A stretch of 64,000 nucleotides of DNA from positions 2,546,872 to 2,610,871 of the forward strand of contig OY970359.1 in NCBI GenBank assembly GCA_963718665.1, written 5' to 3'. The notes beneath the pieces are model-generated. The model did not search any database and was not told where the DNA came from. It saw only the letters and a program-made list of their open reading frames with translations. Source of the stretch: an uncultured Phycisphaerales bacterium (GTDB lineage: Bacteria; Planctomycetota; Phycisphaerae; Sedimentisphaerales; Anaerobacaceae). The position numbers and the translations under genes were made by a program. Below, in pieces: positions 43,681 through 52,816 of this stretch (positions within the stretch are counted from its first letter, which is position 1; every line of letters starts with the position of its first letter).

Positions 43681-44103
43681 CTATGCGCATTTCGGACACA
43701 AACCTTCTAATCGCACCTGCTGCCGATGTATCACAAAACCAGCCGGTGCGCTTGTCGCCATTGAAACCGACACGTCGTGCAGGCAACTTGTCCTGCCGCA
43801 GCCCGTGCATACAAAGTGCGGATGGCACTGATGTTTCGTGCATTTGTCTGCAAGCTCATAATACTGGCTTCGTTTTCCGACAAACGCCTTATGCACCAGG
43901 CCGGATACGACCATATTTTCCAGTGTTCGATACACCGTTACACGGTTCGGGCCAGTTTTACCGATTGCCGAGAAAATCTCGTCAGCCGTCTGTGGCTTCG
44001 CCGCGTTCAACAAAACCTCAAGAACCATTCTCCTCGGCTTCGTCTTTTTCAGCTTTGCCGAATTAAGAAGATTGTCTATTCTTTCTTTTAACTGCGATTT
44101 CAT
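43681..44103 (-). CDS. Fur-family regulator, probably Zur
   Basis: TVYRTL, HPHFVCTGCG, GLCPKC. Confidence 0.9.
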   Translation of the reverse strand: MKSQLKERIDNLLNSAKLKKTKPRRMVLEVLLNAAKPQTADEIFSAIGKTGPNRVTVYRTLENMVVSGLVHKAFVGKRSQYYELADKCTKHQCHPHFVCTGCGRTSCLHDVSVSMATSAPAGFVIHRQQVRLEGLCPKCA

Positions 44104-44153
44104 TGTTTCTTTCTCCACCGTTCAAATTGTCAACCAACCAGGCCGAAGACGGT

Positions 44154-44879
44154 CTAAACAAATCTGGTCACAAGGAAAATGAATAACAGGCCTGCTGCGG
44201 TAAGACCAATCATTTTCATGGAAGAATGTTTGCTGTGCGCCTCTGGCAGGATGTCGCTCGCGCCAATATACATCAGGAAACCCCCGAAAAAGCCCAGATA
44301 TAAAACGAGGTAATAAGGCGGCAGGGTGAAAAGCAGCGTCGAAGCGGCCCCCATAATCGGGGTCAGGGAATCGAGTAATAGAAATAATTTGGCTCTTCGG
44401 GGACTGTTTTTGTTCACTAATACTAATGTGACCGTGTTCATACCATCCGTGAAATCGTGAGATATGACTGCGATAGCGACCAGGATGCCGGTTGAAGAGC
44501 CGGCCTGAAAACCCAGGCCGATACCGACGCCGTCCATGAAACTGTGGCCTGCCAGGGCAAGGGCCGAAAGGATTCCCACCTGTGGATGCTTGTGGTCGGC
44601 GTATTCTTCTTCGTGGGCGTGGTGAATCAGGATGGTTTTTTCAAGGACGTGGAAAATTATATAGCCGGCCACAAAAGCAATCATCGCCCCTATCGGGTCA
44701 AAATTATGCTCTTTGACCTCGTTTATTATTTCCGGCATAATGTCAAAACTGAAAACGCCGACAAGTACCCCCGCGGTGAAGCACATAATGGTGTGCAGTT
44801 TGTCCTTGAATTTAATCGAGAACAATCCGCCGAAAAAAGTGGAGAAAAACGTTGCGATCGAAAATATAACAGCTTCCAT
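44154..44879 (-). CDS. ZIP-family metal transporter
   Basis: HSFMDG, HDFTDG, DILPEAH, His-rich loop. Confidence 0.9.
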   Translation of the reverse strand: MEAVIFSIATFFSTFFGGLFSIKFKDKLHTIMCFTAGVLVGVFSFDIMPEIINEVKEHNFDPIGAMIAFVAGYIIFHVLEKTILIHHAHEEEYADHKHPQVGILSALALAGHSFMDGVGIGLGFQAGSSTGILVAIAVISHDFTDGMNTVTLVLVNKNSPRRAKLFLLLDSLTPIMGAASTLLFTLPPYYLVLYLGFFGGFLMYIGASDILPEAHSKHSSMKMIGLTAAGLLFIFLVTRFV

Positions 44880-44899
44880 AAATATGTCCTTTCGCGTTG

Positions 44900-45145
44900 C
44901 TAATGGCGACGGTTTTGAAACGGTTTTTGAAAGAAACCCATGATTTTCAGCCAAATAGCTTTACACATCGCCGAGAGTGAAACAAATATAAATCCTATAA
45001 ATGCACCCACCCCAAATCCAACAGGACATGCAGGTTTGCCGCAGAAGGGGCAGACAGAAGATACTGAATATAATGCGCTAATCATAAGCCACCATCGTAA
45101 AAAGGAAGAACGGTATATCTTTTTTAGTGTTTTATCTATCCACAT
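44900..45145 (-). CDS. Small membrane protein with CPFCGKPAC motif
   Basis: Two hydrophobic segments flanking a Cys cluster; first gene after the operator. Confidence 0.65.
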   Translation of the reverse strand: MWIDKTLKKIYRSSFLRWWLMISALYSVSSVCPFCGKPACPVGFGVGAFIGFIFVSLSAMCKAIWLKIMGFFQKPFQNRRH

Positions 45146-45219
45146 ATTTTTCTGTTGACGGTTTTGGCTTTCGGTTTCTAAATCCGAAATCCGCAATATC
45201 GTTTCTAGTCTTGCCGAGC

Positions 45220-45250
45220 ATTTTAACCTAAATGCAACTAAGTTGCAATT
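45220..45250 (-). promoter_or_regulatory. Promoter with Zur/Fur-type box over -35
   Basis: AAATGCAAC-TAA-GTTGCAATT; TTGCAA-N17-TAAAAT on minus strand. Confidence 0.8.
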
Positions 45251-45326
45251 GATTTAAGGTGTTTTTTTAAGTTTTTTTTGTTTTCGTAACATCTTGCTGT
45301 TGAAAGAGTTAAGCTCGCGCTAAAAT

Positions 45327-46310
45327 TTACTGTTTTCTTACAACTGCATTTGCGTCAATCGCTGCGGCTATCTCATCGTTTTTTTCTTGGATGAATTCCT
45401 CTTTCAATATGGCAATAATATCGTCTGTGGAAATCTTTTCTTTTTTGATGATAGTGTACCCGTAAGAGTCAGCTATAGGTTTGCTGCAGACCCCAAACGG
45501 AAGTTTTTCCATATCCGGCCAGGCCGTATTCGATGGCATAGGCCCCAAACAGCCGCCTTTTTGACCCGAGACCGTATCATCTGACATTTCTTTGGCTACT
45601 TTTTCGAACGACTCTCCTTTCTCAAGCCTGGCCCATGCCAGATTGGCCCTTTTGGAAGCACCCAAACGCTGCTCATCTTGATTATTAAAATCCTTGATAT
45701 GGAATATAATTTGAAATAACTCGAAGTATTTCTTTTCAAATTCTGGTTGACGGTCTTTTACAAGTTTTGATACCAAATCTTTTTCAGAATACTTTTGACG
45801 CCATAGCCCATCAAAGTACGCATCCATACCTTTGCTAAGCCTAACTGTTTCACGGAATTCATCCAATGTGTAATGATTTGCTTGCAGAAACTGCTCTAAA
45901 TTCGCATAGCGGCAACATGGACAGCGTGGACCGGGCGGATTTTTCTTATAATCATCTATTTCCTTATCTACCTCGGCGGCTGATACCTGTATTTTGTTTG
46001 CATTTAGGAAATGACGTAATTTTGCTTCATCTATCAATCTTTGAAGCTTCATGTCTTGTGTATATTTGTCGATGCCAGCAAAGGTAGCTGGTGGCATTCC
46101 GGCAAGTATGTCTTTTTCATAAATAGGCTCACCATCAACCGTGGCAACGATTTTACCAGCTTTGTCGGCGACCTTGTTTACGTTGTTTGTGTCTGATGTT
46201 ACCGCAGGTGATTTCTCTGTGCCTGCCAAAGCTTGAGAGTGTAATAAGGCCCAACTTATGGCAGACACACTCATTGAGAACAACAACATATATACCAATT
46301 GTCTTTTCAT
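45327..46310 (-). CDS. Exported parvulin/PrsA-like peptidyl-prolyl isomerase with CPCC motif
   Basis: VATVDGEPI, GESFEKVAKEMSDD..GG.LG, YGYTIIK. Confidence 0.8.
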   Translation of the reverse strand: MKRQLVYMLLFSMSVSAISWALLHSQALAGTEKSPAVTSDTNNVNKVADKAGKIVATVDGEPIYEKDILAGMPPATFAGIDKYTQDMKLQRLIDEAKLRHFLNANKIQVSAAEVDKEIDDYKKNPPGPRCPCCRYANLEQFLQANHYTLDEFRETVRLSKGMDAYFDGLWRQKYSEKDLVSKLVKDRQPEFEKKYFELFQIIFHIKDFNNQDEQRLGASKRANLAWARLEKGESFEKVAKEMSDDTVSGQKGGCLGPMPSNTAWPDMEKLPFGVCSKPIADSYGYTIIKKEKISTDDIIAILKEEFIQEKNDEIAAAIDANAVVRKQ

Positions 46311-46323
46311 ATTAAAGTTCCCG

Positions 46324-47445
46324 TTATGTAGTTTGAGAAAAAAGCCTCCTCTTAACATTCCGTATATCAGGATCAAAGGCAATCCACAAAAACACGATTA
46401 GGGTGAAAATTTCATAACTTATCGGCAAGAACGGCCCCATATCCATGCTTAACAGTGGGACAGTTCTTTTCCCTTCGCCCGGCACGGCGTTGCATACACT
46501 TATTATTCCCTTGCTGGAAAGTTCATTAGGATCACGATTAATTTGTAAAACACCGGTAAACACGCCTCTTTGTTTCCATACTGGCGGCAAATCGTTTTGA
46601 TTTCTGAGCATTACAACGGCTGCATTGTAGAAATCCGGCCTTGTCCCTTGCATAACACCATCCCAGAAGTATTTGCCAACAATGATTGTAGGTGGATTTT
46701 GACTGGTCCTTCCAACAATATACCCATCGATAATTACCTGCTTTCCGTTAAGAGCCAAAAAGGTACTGGAATTGTTCTGGCCGTCCTGCAAATAGGAACT
46801 GCTTCGTAATGATTCCAGCAGATCGAAATTGAACTTAGGCAAATTCAGTTTTATTGCAAGGTCATTTGCATCCGCATCGACATTATTTTCATTTATCGGA
46901 TGCACTGATTCAGCAGTCATGCGGTAGATATAGCCCTGGTCGGGGGATGGATCGACAAAAAACACGCCATCAACTATAACCGGTGTGAGCCGCTCAAATT
47001 TGACAGGATCCTTGCTCTCGACAAGTACATACTGATTGTACTGTGGCCTGGGTCCATAGCAGCAGGTCTGCGTACTTCTCAAAAGGCAAAACACGTGAAG
47101 CTGTTCAGCCGGTTGAAGTGGATACATAAATCCGATGATACTCACTTTACGTTTATTTAATGCGGTAATTTGCGGCGGCGGTGAGGTTTTGGTTTCGTCC
47201 TGATAATCCCAGAGTTTTAATGTGGCAAATCCGACAAACTGTCCGCTCGTCGGGTTCAGAGTACTTTCATCTATCGATATGGTATTGTGCCCCAAAGGAC
47301 CAGTATCTGCACGTACGGTAACAGCACTTGTATTACTCAACTTTGTTTTAATAGCTTTGCTGCGTAAATAATATTCAATATGATTGGCAGCAAAAATGCC
47401 CACCAGGATAGGAAACCCAATCAGAATGGTCCATCTGCGTTTCAT
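46324..47445 (-). CDS. Tandem DUF3299 (ZrgD-like) protein
   Basis: LNKRKVSIIGFMYPL..CCYG..P..NQYV, repeated as LNGKQVIIDGYI. Confidence 0.72.
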   Translation of the reverse strand: MKRRWTILIGFPILVGIFAANHIEYYLRSKAIKTKLSNTSAVTVRADTGPLGHNTISIDESTLNPTSGQFVGFATLKLWDYQDETKTSPPPQITALNKRKVSIIGFMYPLQPAEQLHVFCLLRSTQTCCYGPRPQYNQYVLVESKDPVKFERLTPVIVDGVFFVDPSPDQGYIYRMTAESVHPINENNVDADANDLAIKLNLPKFNFDLLESLRSSSYLQDGQNNSSTFLALNGKQVIIDGYIVGRTSQNPPTIIVGKYFWDGVMQGTRPDFYNAAVVMLRNQNDLPPVWKQRGVFTGVLQINRDPNELSSKGIISVCNAVPGEGKRTVPLLSMDMGPFLPISYEIFTLIVFLWIAFDPDIRNVKRRLFSQTT

Positions 47446-47464
47446 TTTTATACCTGCATATATA

Positions 47465-47965
47465 CTATTGGTGTTTCTCGTGGTCGGGATCATATCCTTG
47501 CGGGTAACGGATTAGCACATCCATGAGCTGCCCTTTGAAATCAACTTTGCACGATCCCTCAAACTCTTTGGTTGTCTTTAACCAATCAGCCCTACTAATG
47601 AAACGCGAGCAGTCTCCGCTGGTCTCACCGGCCAATTCAATGGGTGATGGCGTAAGCGTGAGGGTAGTGGTCTGGTTGGAGTTTTTAATAGCCAGTGTAA
47701 TTTCCTTATCAGGAACGCGAACTGACTTATCTGTGTTATTCTCTCCTCCTACAAACCAGCAGGTGAGCGTATCGCCATCAACTGTGACTTCTACATGCCC
47801 TGTTTCACAACTTCCAATAGCATTGAGACAGCCGCCATGGTGTGCCTCGTGCTCAGCTTTGCGTTGAGGGTTTCCACTGGTTACGTTGCCATGAAAGAAA
47901 ATACCACCCACAACAACACATATTACAAACCCGCTAATCAAACCTATAATTAATCCTTTGGACAT
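47465..47965 (-). CDS. Membrane-anchored His-rich putative metal-binding protein
   Basis: N-terminal TM; EHEAHHGGCLNAIGSCETGHVE. Confidence 0.7.
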   Translation of the reverse strand: MSKGLIIGLISGFVICVVVGGIFFHGNVTSGNPQRKAEHEAHHGGCLNAIGSCETGHVEVTVDGDTLTCWFVGGENNTDKSVRVPDKEITLAIKNSNQTTTLTLTPSPIELAGETSGDCSRFISRADWLKTTKEFEGSCKVDFKGQLMDVLIRYPQGYDPDHEKHQ

Positions 47966-47991
47966 TATAATTCTCCTTTAAATATATTAAA

Positions 47992-49233
47992 TTACGACAC
48001 AGGAATAAGATTCTGAACAACAGTTTGGCGGTATGCTGCAATTGCGGGAATTATACCCGCCAAAAGACTAATAACTGCTGCCCCCGGCAAAATCCATATA
48101 TCCGCCGATGAGATATACCATGGACTAAGCAAAAGTCCTGTCTCTGCATGAACATAGTAACAGCCAACCTCCACAATACAGTGCCCAAGCAACAGACCAC
48201 TTAAGACACCTGCCAGACTTATTATCAACGCTTCTGACAATACCAGTCCGACAATAATAAGGCGAGTTGCACCAAGTGTTCTCATTAACGCAATGTCACG
48301 ACGACGATCTTTTAAAGCGGAAATCAATGCGACAAAAAGGAACAGCGTAGCTAAAACCGTAACCATCAGCGCCACCGCGAAAAGGACATTATCCACCCAG
48401 CCAATGATATTGAATAGTCGCGGCATTACCTCATTTGGAATTACCAATTGAGCATCTTGAGACTGGTCAATATCGTATTTGAGGGCTTGTATGGCGGGGT
48501 TCATTGTTCCACCCCGGCCTGACTTGATTTTGAGATATGCACCGCTGATCTCGCGATAGTCCTCATCTATCGCCATTTTTGCGTTATGTCCCTCCAGTGT
48601 ATAAAACCGCTCAAGAGGGATGTAAATCGCACGGTCATATGGAGTTCCGGTAGGAGCAAGTATTCCCACGAACTTGATATGGTCGTTAACATGGACGGGA
48701 TCACCTGACTGCACACCACAAACCGGATTGAAAGTACTGCCTAAAACAATGTGCAGTTCCTTGGCCGCAACTGAACCGGCCACCGCCTCATCGAGGTTTT
48801 CAAGTCGCCGTCCTGCTCCCCCCTCTCTCTTGTTAAAGGAGAAGGTTTTGCCGGGCACATATTCAAATTCGGTAAGGAACGCAGGATCAATTGCGTTGAC
48901 CCTGAATCCACCGTACGAATGCCCTGTACAAAATGGAATGCCTTTGACCACAATCGGTGCTTGGAGCACTTTTTTGTAATATGACCATTTAACTTTGCCG
49001 GGCATAGTTTCAAGATTATAGATCGCGTTAAGCACGATTTGCAGTGAAGATCCTTTTGGTCCCAGAATTGCATCTACCCCGATTCCGCTTTCGGTAAATG
49101 CTTTGTGCGACTGCTCTCTCAAAGATGTCACGGCTATCAGCAGGGACGAACCAACTGCTATCGAGATCAAGGCCAGAGAGCTTGAAAGCCAATGTTGACG
49201 CAGGCTTTTGAGCACAATACTATGAAGTCTCAT
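47992..49233 (-). CDS. MacB/FtsX-type ABC permease (ZrgC-like)
   Basis: GPKGSSLQIVLNAIY, GILAPTGTPYDR, RRRDIALMRTLGA. Confidence 0.88.
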   Translation of the reverse strand: MRLHSIVLKSLRQHWLSSSLALISIAVGSSLLIAVTSLREQSHKAFTESGIGVDAILGPKGSSLQIVLNAIYNLETMPGKVKWSYYKKVLQAPIVVKGIPFCTGHSYGGFRVNAIDPAFLTEFEYVPGKTFSFNKREGGAGRRLENLDEAVAGSVAAKELHIVLGSTFNPVCGVQSGDPVHVNDHIKFVGILAPTGTPYDRAIYIPLERFYTLEGHNAKMAIDEDYREISGAYLKIKSGRGGTMNPAIQALKYDIDQSQDAQLVIPNEVMPRLFNIIGWVDNVLFAVALMVTVLATLFLFVALISALKDRRRDIALMRTLGATRLIIVGLVLSEALIISLAGVLSGLLLGHCIVEVGCYYVHAETGLLLSPWYISSADIWILPGAAVISLLAGIIPAIAAYRQTVVQNLIPVS

Positions 49234-49912
49234 GCTGACCTCCAAACTTGGCACATGCTTTGTTCAATTCAAGAAAATTGATTTTTTTCTGGAATTCACG
49301 AGTTACGGACTCCTCGTGGCTGACAAGCATTAGTGCCGAACCATGCCTGGTGCACGCATCTTTGAGTAATCTGACCACCTCTACTGTATTGGCAGGATCA
49401 AGAGACGCAGTTGGTTCATCGGCTAAAATCAACTGAGGCTCTTTTAACAGTGCCCGCGCGACGGCGACTCGCTGAGACTCGCCTATGGAGAGTTGAGAGG
49501 GGTAATGATGCATACGATTGCCGAGTCCCATTTCATCAAGCAATGCCTTGGCTTTGACCACATCTGGTTTTTTATGGCAAAAAACAGAACCCAGCAAAAC
49601 GTTCTCCAAGGCACTGTAGCCCTGAAGCAGGTTGAATATTTGAAAGATATAGCCGATGTGCCTGGCTCTAAACCGGTCCCGTTGTGCTTCACCCAGGCTT
49701 GTAAGTTCATGATCGCACACGCTCACTAAACCCGATGTGGGCGGCAATAATCCGGCAACCACATTAAGTAGCGTGGTTTTACCACACCCCGAACTGCCGA
49801 GAATGGCAATTTGTTCACCAGGTTCCATACCCCAATACGGTATATCCAAAACCGTAAGTTCCCGTAACCCACTGCGGTATGTCAAATTCAAATTCTTGAT
49901 TTCTACAATCAT
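49220..49912 (-). CDS. LolD/MacB-type ABC ATPase (ZrgB-like)
   Basis: [27 protein letters not shown]. Confidence 0.92.
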   Translation of the reverse strand: MIVEIKNLNLTYRSGLRELTVLDIPYWGMEPGEQIAILGSSGCGKTTLLNVVAGLLPPTSGLVSVCDHELTSLGEAQRDRFRARHIGYIFQIFNLLQGYSALENVLLGSVFCHKKPDVVKAKALLDEMGLGNRMHHYPSQLSIGESQRVAVARALLKEPQLILADEPTASLDPANTVEVVRLLKDACTRHGSALMLVSHEESVTREFQKKINFLELNKACAKFGGQHETS

Positions 49913-50068
49913 CTCAAAACCCCTGTGAGCACATTACATCCGCAGAATACAATCTGTCCTGATTGCCAAAGTTGTGCCACCATAAAAAACGTCAGTACAT
50001 TATACAAAATGTCATTCCGATCGCTTCTAAGTCTGAAATCCGCAAAATCTTTTCTGACGTTGTCGGCC

Positions 50069-50098
50069 ATTATAACTAAATGCAACCAAGTTGCAATA
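50069..50098 (-). promoter_or_regulatory. Second promoter with Zur/Fur-type box
   Basis: AAATGCAAC-CAA-GTTGCAATA; TTGCAA-N16-TATAAT on minus strand. Confidence 0.8.
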
Positions 50099-50284
50099 AC
50101 TTTCTGCGAATATATTTGTGCTTAGATAAGTCCTTGCCTTTAAAGTAGTTATAGCCGTTGCATGCTGTAATATATTAGTTAAAATGGCCGCTTTTTTATG
50201 CCGTCTTTGCTTAAGTGGAGCCCTTATTAGTCCGAAAAATCATTGTCGCACTTGTGTTTTTATGAGCGTAAAAAAGGGATTTGA

Positions 50285-50995
50285 ATGGCCTCTGATATTC
50301 AAAAGTTGATTGCTTATACGCCCCAGTTGATGGTTTTTGTAATCTTTATGACCGGGGTCCTCACCTCGCTTAGCTCAAGCACAATTGTGCGTGTTCCCGT
50401 GGCGCTCGGTTTCATCGCCGGCGCGACCGAATCGAAGAAAAAAGCCCTGTTTGTTACTTTCCTTTTCGTCTTCGGCCTCGTCGCCGCCTACACCCTTTTG
50501 GGAATGTTCCTCGGAACGGTAGGCCGGGTCGCTTTCACTATTGTTCAGTGCAACAAGTACATATTTTATCTGCTCGGCATCCTGCTTTTCGTCTTTGGAT
50601 TGTTCATCGCGGGCCTGCTCAAAATAAAACACCTTCCGGCTGTTCTCCAGTTCCGCGAAAGCTTCAAACACGTTACATTTTTCCGTGCGTTTTTCTTCGG
50701 GACATTATTCGCCCTTATTGAGATGCCGACCTGTCCGGCAAGCGCCGGTCTGCTCCTTATGCTTGCCAGCTTGGTCGTTACACATAATATCGCGCATTAT
50801 GCCGTAGCGATATTTGTCAGTTTTGCCCTCGGCCAGAGTTTGCCCGTTCTGGCTGTCGCGCTGTCCGCCAATTTAGTCAAAACCGATATCATTATGTTCC
50901 TCGCTTTCAAAATCCAGCGGGTCGAGGATCACATTAATTTAATCGCGGGTAATATGCTTATTATGTTTGGTATCTATTATCTGGTTATCGCCTGA
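50285..50995 (+). CDS. CcdA/DsbD-TM-like membrane protein
   Basis: Six TM helices; GVLTSLS, FVFGLVAAYTLLG, PTCP, FALGQSLP. Confidence 0.75.
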   Translation: MASDIQKLIAYTPQLMVFVIFMTGVLTSLSSSTIVRVPVALGFIAGATESKKKALFVTFLFVFGLVAAYTLLGMFLGTVGRVAFTIVQCNKYIFYLLGILLFVFGLFIAGLLKIKHLPAVLQFRESFKHVTFFRAFFFGTLFALIEMPTCPASAGLLLMLASLVVTHNIAHYAVAIFVSFALGQSLPVLAVALSANLVKTDIIMFLAFKIQRVEDHINLIAGNMLIMFGIYYLVIA

Positions 50996-51001
50996 GTTAA
51001 T

Positions 51002-51619
51002 TTGCCTATGATGTCCGAAGACGAAAAACTTGAAAGTATGCTTGCTGATCCCTGGCTCGCAAAGCCTAGGACGAGATGGTCTGTGAGTATCGTGTTCGTT
51101 ATGTTGGCCCTCTTTGCCCTTAAGCCGGTTATTGTCGACCGCCTCATTTCACGTGCCGAGGCCTATTCTTCGTATAATATGTTTAATAACGCCGAAAGAG
51201 AATGCCACAAGGCCATCTTCCTCGACGGCGACAATATCCGTGCATGGAATCTCCTTGGTAACGCTTATAAAAGCAGGGGAGACATAGCCAACGCTGTAAA
51301 CACTTACCTTAATGCCATTAACATTAACCCTGCCAACAAAGTCGCGCACTTCATGGTCGCGATGATTTATACCCTCGATAAGAATTATAACAGGGCTATT
51401 CCGCATTTTGAGCTGATTAGAATCCTCGGCCCCGAATCGCCCAGAGCCCTTGCCTGCGACCCCTTCTCCTATTATCACGCCTCACTCGAAATGTTGTCGC
51501 TCTGTTACGAAAAAACGGGCAGAATCGACAGGATGAATGATATAGTCAAAGATCTCGCAAGGACTTGCTCCGGCCGCCAAAAAGATGAAAATATGCTCCG
51601 GCTGCCCGACGCTAAATAA
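51002..51619 (+). CDS. Membrane-anchored TPR protein
   Basis: AWNLLGNAY, NAININP..AHF. Confidence 0.8.
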   Translation: MPMMSEDEKLESMLADPWLAKPRTRWSVSIVFVMLALFALKPVIVDRLISRAEAYSSYNMFNNAERECHKAIFLDGDNIRAWNLLGNAYKSRGDIANAVNTYLNAININPANKVAHFMVAMIYTLDKNYNRAIPHFELIRILGPESPRALACDPFSYYHASLEMLSLCYEKTGRIDRMNDIVKDLARTCSGRQKDENMLRLPDAK

Positions 51620-51716
51620 ATTCTCGCAAATTACCTGCCTTCACAAATTACACCTTGAGCCGACAGCAATTTTACTATTCACTTTTTTCCCGAACCAGAT
51701 ATGATAGTCCGTAATT

Positions 51717-52700
51717 ATGAAAGTCCTGAAAACCGTATCTGAGCTTGGTCAGTTGCCCGATGGTTGTGTCCTGACCATCGGCAACTTCGACGGCGTCCAC
51801 ACCGGGCACCAGCAGAATATAAAAGTTGCCCGTGATATCGCCACTCTTGAACGCACTTCGCTGGCAGTGATGACTTTTGAGCCGCACCCCGTCGCAATCC
51901 TGCACCCCGAAAAAGCCCCAGGTGTTCTCACGCCGCTCCCTCTCAAAATTCACCTTTTGGAAGATTGCGGCGTCGATTATCTCATCATTCTCAGAGATAC
52001 CACCAGTTTGCTTCGCCTCCTGCCGACCGATTTCGTGGATAAATTCCTCTTAAAAGACGTCCGTCCCAAAGTCCTCGTCGAGGGCGACGACTTCAATTTC
52101 GGCGCAAACCGTGCCGGTAATATCGATACCCTCAAACAAATGGCCGAACCCGACGGTTTTAGCGTCGTTGTCGTCCCCTCAAAACTCGTAAAACTTCACA
52201 CAGGACAATCCCTTCGCGTCTCAAGCACCACTATCCGCTATATGCTCCAGTCGGGACACGTCGCCGACGCCGCCTTTCTTTTCGGCAGGCCCTATCGTCT
52301 CATAGGCAAAATAACCGCCGGCAGAGGCAAAGGCAGACAACTCGGCTTCCCAACCCTCAATATGCAAATACCCTCCCAGATTATCCCCCAGGAAGGCGTT
52401 TACGCCGGCTTCGGCTTAATCGGCGACTCCGAAGAAGATGTCTGCCGCTCTGATAATCGTTTGCCTTCCGTCTTCAGCATCGGCCAGGCCATCACCTTCG
52501 GTGACCAGCATTCCCAGCTTATCGAAGCACATGTCCTCGATACTAATCTCGGCGATATGTCAGGTAAATGGCTCGCTATGGATTTCGTTGACCGTATCAG
52601 GCCCCAGAGGCGGTTTGAGTCCCCGGAAGTCCTCGCCGCACAAATCGCCAGGGATTGCGATTCAGCAAAACAAATCCTGGCCGCAGAGAAAAAAACATGA
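51717..52700 (+). CDS. ribF: Riboflavin kinase/FAD synthetase
   Basis: IGNFDGVHTGHQ, TFEPHP, SSTTIR, GRQLGFPTLN. Confidence 0.96.
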   Translation: MKVLKTVSELGQLPDGCVLTIGNFDGVHTGHQQNIKVARDIATLERTSLAVMTFEPHPVAILHPEKAPGVLTPLPLKIHLLEDCGVDYLIILRDTTSLLRLLPTDFVDKFLLKDVRPKVLVEGDDFNFGANRAGNIDTLKQMAEPDGFSVVVVPSKLVKLHTGQSLRVSSTTIRYMLQSGHVADAAFLFGRPYRLIGKITAGRGKGRQLGFPTLNMQIPSQIIPQEGVYAGFGLIGDSEEDVCRSDNRLPSVFSIGQAITFGDQHSQLIEAHVLDTNLGDMSGKWLAMDFVDRIRPQRRFESPEVLAAQIARDCDSAKQILAAEKKT

Positions 52701-52745
52701 CTTTTTAACTGTTCACTAAATGTCTGTGTCTTAAAAAAATTAGAT

Positions 52746-52803
52746 TTCTCTGTGTCCTCTGTGCCCTCTGTGGCTTAAAATAAAAAGAAAACCTCTGTGG
52801 CTT
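52746..52803 (-). repeat. 9-mer array (CCACAGAGG-GCACAGAGG-ACACAGAGA family)
   Basis: Same family as 59617-59645. Confidence 0.75.
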
Positions 52804-52816
52804 CGGGTGAATTGAT

